Shown one piece after another: positions 63,062-64,000 of a DNA stretch of 64,000 nucleotides (its first letter is position 1; the number at the start of each line of letters is the position of its first letter). Under the pieces are notes generated by a model that did no database searches, was not told the DNA's origin, and saw only the letters and a program-made list of their open reading frames with translations. The position numbers were made by a program, and so were the translations under genes. Source of the stretch: a virus; IMG/VR virus record IMGVR_UViG_3300037337_000170, positions 1 to 64,000 of that record, one strand, 5' to 3'.

Positions 63062-64000
63062 TGAACAAAGGTACATACGGTTATTCCCTTCCACCGAATC
63101 AATCCACGCGGGTTGCACCGCCTGAGTGGCGTAGTTCTGAATTTATAACAGCAACTGTCTCCGGCAAGATTGTGCCGCAGAACGTCTTTCAGATCAAAGT
63201 TGATGTTGTTAGCGGGGCAGGTGGTGGGGCTAGGTTCGGCGGTATCGCTACAGGCGGCGGCGGCGGCGGGTATGGGTCTGCAATTATTGATGTGATACCC
63301 GGGCAACTGCTGCCTACTATTACCGTTGGGATGGGTGGTACTGCGCAACTTTCAAGTAACATAGCAGGCAATGCCGGTGGTACATCCAGCTTTGGCACGC
63401 TTATCAGCGTAACCGGTGGGGCAGGTGGATTAGTACAGGCCAATGCTGCAGCTACGCTTGCTGGTGGTGCAGGGGGTATACCAACGGTTGCCGCCGGTTT
63501 GCGGGGGGCTGTTGCTTTTGCTGGCGGTGCTGGCGGCGCGAAAAGTGGGACGTCCCCAAGCTCGAGCCTTGGTACCGGTGGCGGTGCCATGGGGTCGGCT
63601 CTTGGAGTTGGCGGTGCTGGCGGCGCAGTGGCTTTAAACGCTAATAATGGACCTCAAGTAACAGGCGGCGGTGGTTTGGCAGGTGGGAACGGTGGGGCAA
63701 TAGTATCAACCTCTGCGGGTAACAACGGAACGGGCGGCGGTGGTGTGCGGTTTAGCGGTGGTGCTATTGCAAATGGCAGCACAGCAGGCGGCTCTGGCGG
63801 CGGGGGTACAGCAGGCAATGGGCAGACTTGCCTCGGCTCATCTAGCGCCAGTGGGTCTGGAATACTTGCTACCGCTGCATTAGGCAATAATACGGGAGCG
63901 AATGGGACCAATGGGCACACTAATGCAGTCTCGATTGCACAGGTACTCACCGGCAATCTTTATTCCGGTAGCGGCGGTGGTGGCGGCGGCATGGGCAGCG
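63061..64000 (+). CDS. glycine-rich adhesin-like protein, runs off the window end
   Basis: Frame open from ATG 63061 to the end; VP.NV..I.V..V.GAGGG, GGTSSFG, poly-Gly. Confidence 0.75.
   Translation, partial: MNKGTYGYSLPPNQSTRVAPPEWRSSEFITATVSGKIVPQNVFQIKVDVVSGAGGGARFGGIATGGGGGGYGSAIIDVIPGQLLPTITVGMGGTAQLSSNIAGNAGGTSSFGTLISVTGGAGGLVQANAAATLAGGAGGIPTVAAGLRGAVAFAGGAGGAKSGTSPSSSLGTGGGAMGSALGVGGAGGAVALNANNGPQVTGGGGLAGGNGGAIVSTSAGNNGTGGGGVRFSGGAIANGSTAGGSGGGGTAGNGQTCLGSSSASGSGILATAALGNNTGANGTNGHTNAVSIAQVLTGNLYSGSGGGGGGMGS

Noticed and set aside
61053-63956. Minus-strand poly-Pro ORFs
   Set aside because: Reverse-complement shadows of Gly-rich genes
1-64000. tRNA or rRNA genes, group I introns, inteins (nrdA, nrdB, ligA, primase looked at)
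   Set aside because: No cloverleaf pattern recognised by eye and the ORFs are continuous with ordinary lengths; tRNAscan would be needed to exclude tRNAs fully

Overview
This is a 64-kb segment of a T4-like (Tevenvirinae-related) lytic myophage genome, standard genetic code. About 1-32 kb is an accessory and nucleotide-metabolism region. It holds two RNA ligases, PhoH, a GH19 endolysin, an exonuclease, SleB, ClpP, primase, NrdAB/glutaredoxin, PnuC-NadR, an NAD-dependent DNA ligase and a sugar-nucleotide/GREB1-like glycosyltransferase cluster interrupted by a GIY-YIG-like endonuclease. It is punctuated by 17 near-identical early promoter cassettes (TTTACT-N17-TATAAT). About 32.9-35 kb holds gp33, gp59 and gp32. 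About 35-64 kb is the baseplate, tail and adhesin module. Most notable: (1) a two-copy covarying structured RNA behind a late promoter, antisense to the start of a homing-endonuclease gene; (2) a putative DNA sugar-hypermodification pathway; (3) deletion scars of a NadV/NatV NAD salvage pathway beside an intact PnuC-NadR pathway; (4) a probable -1 frameshift joining gp26 and gp51; (5) a gp32 leader pseudoknot; (6) a second promoter class with a 21-bp spacer; (7) a late-expressed protein with a capsid-targeting-like N-terminus. All family calls come from motif recognition by eye; no database searches were run.
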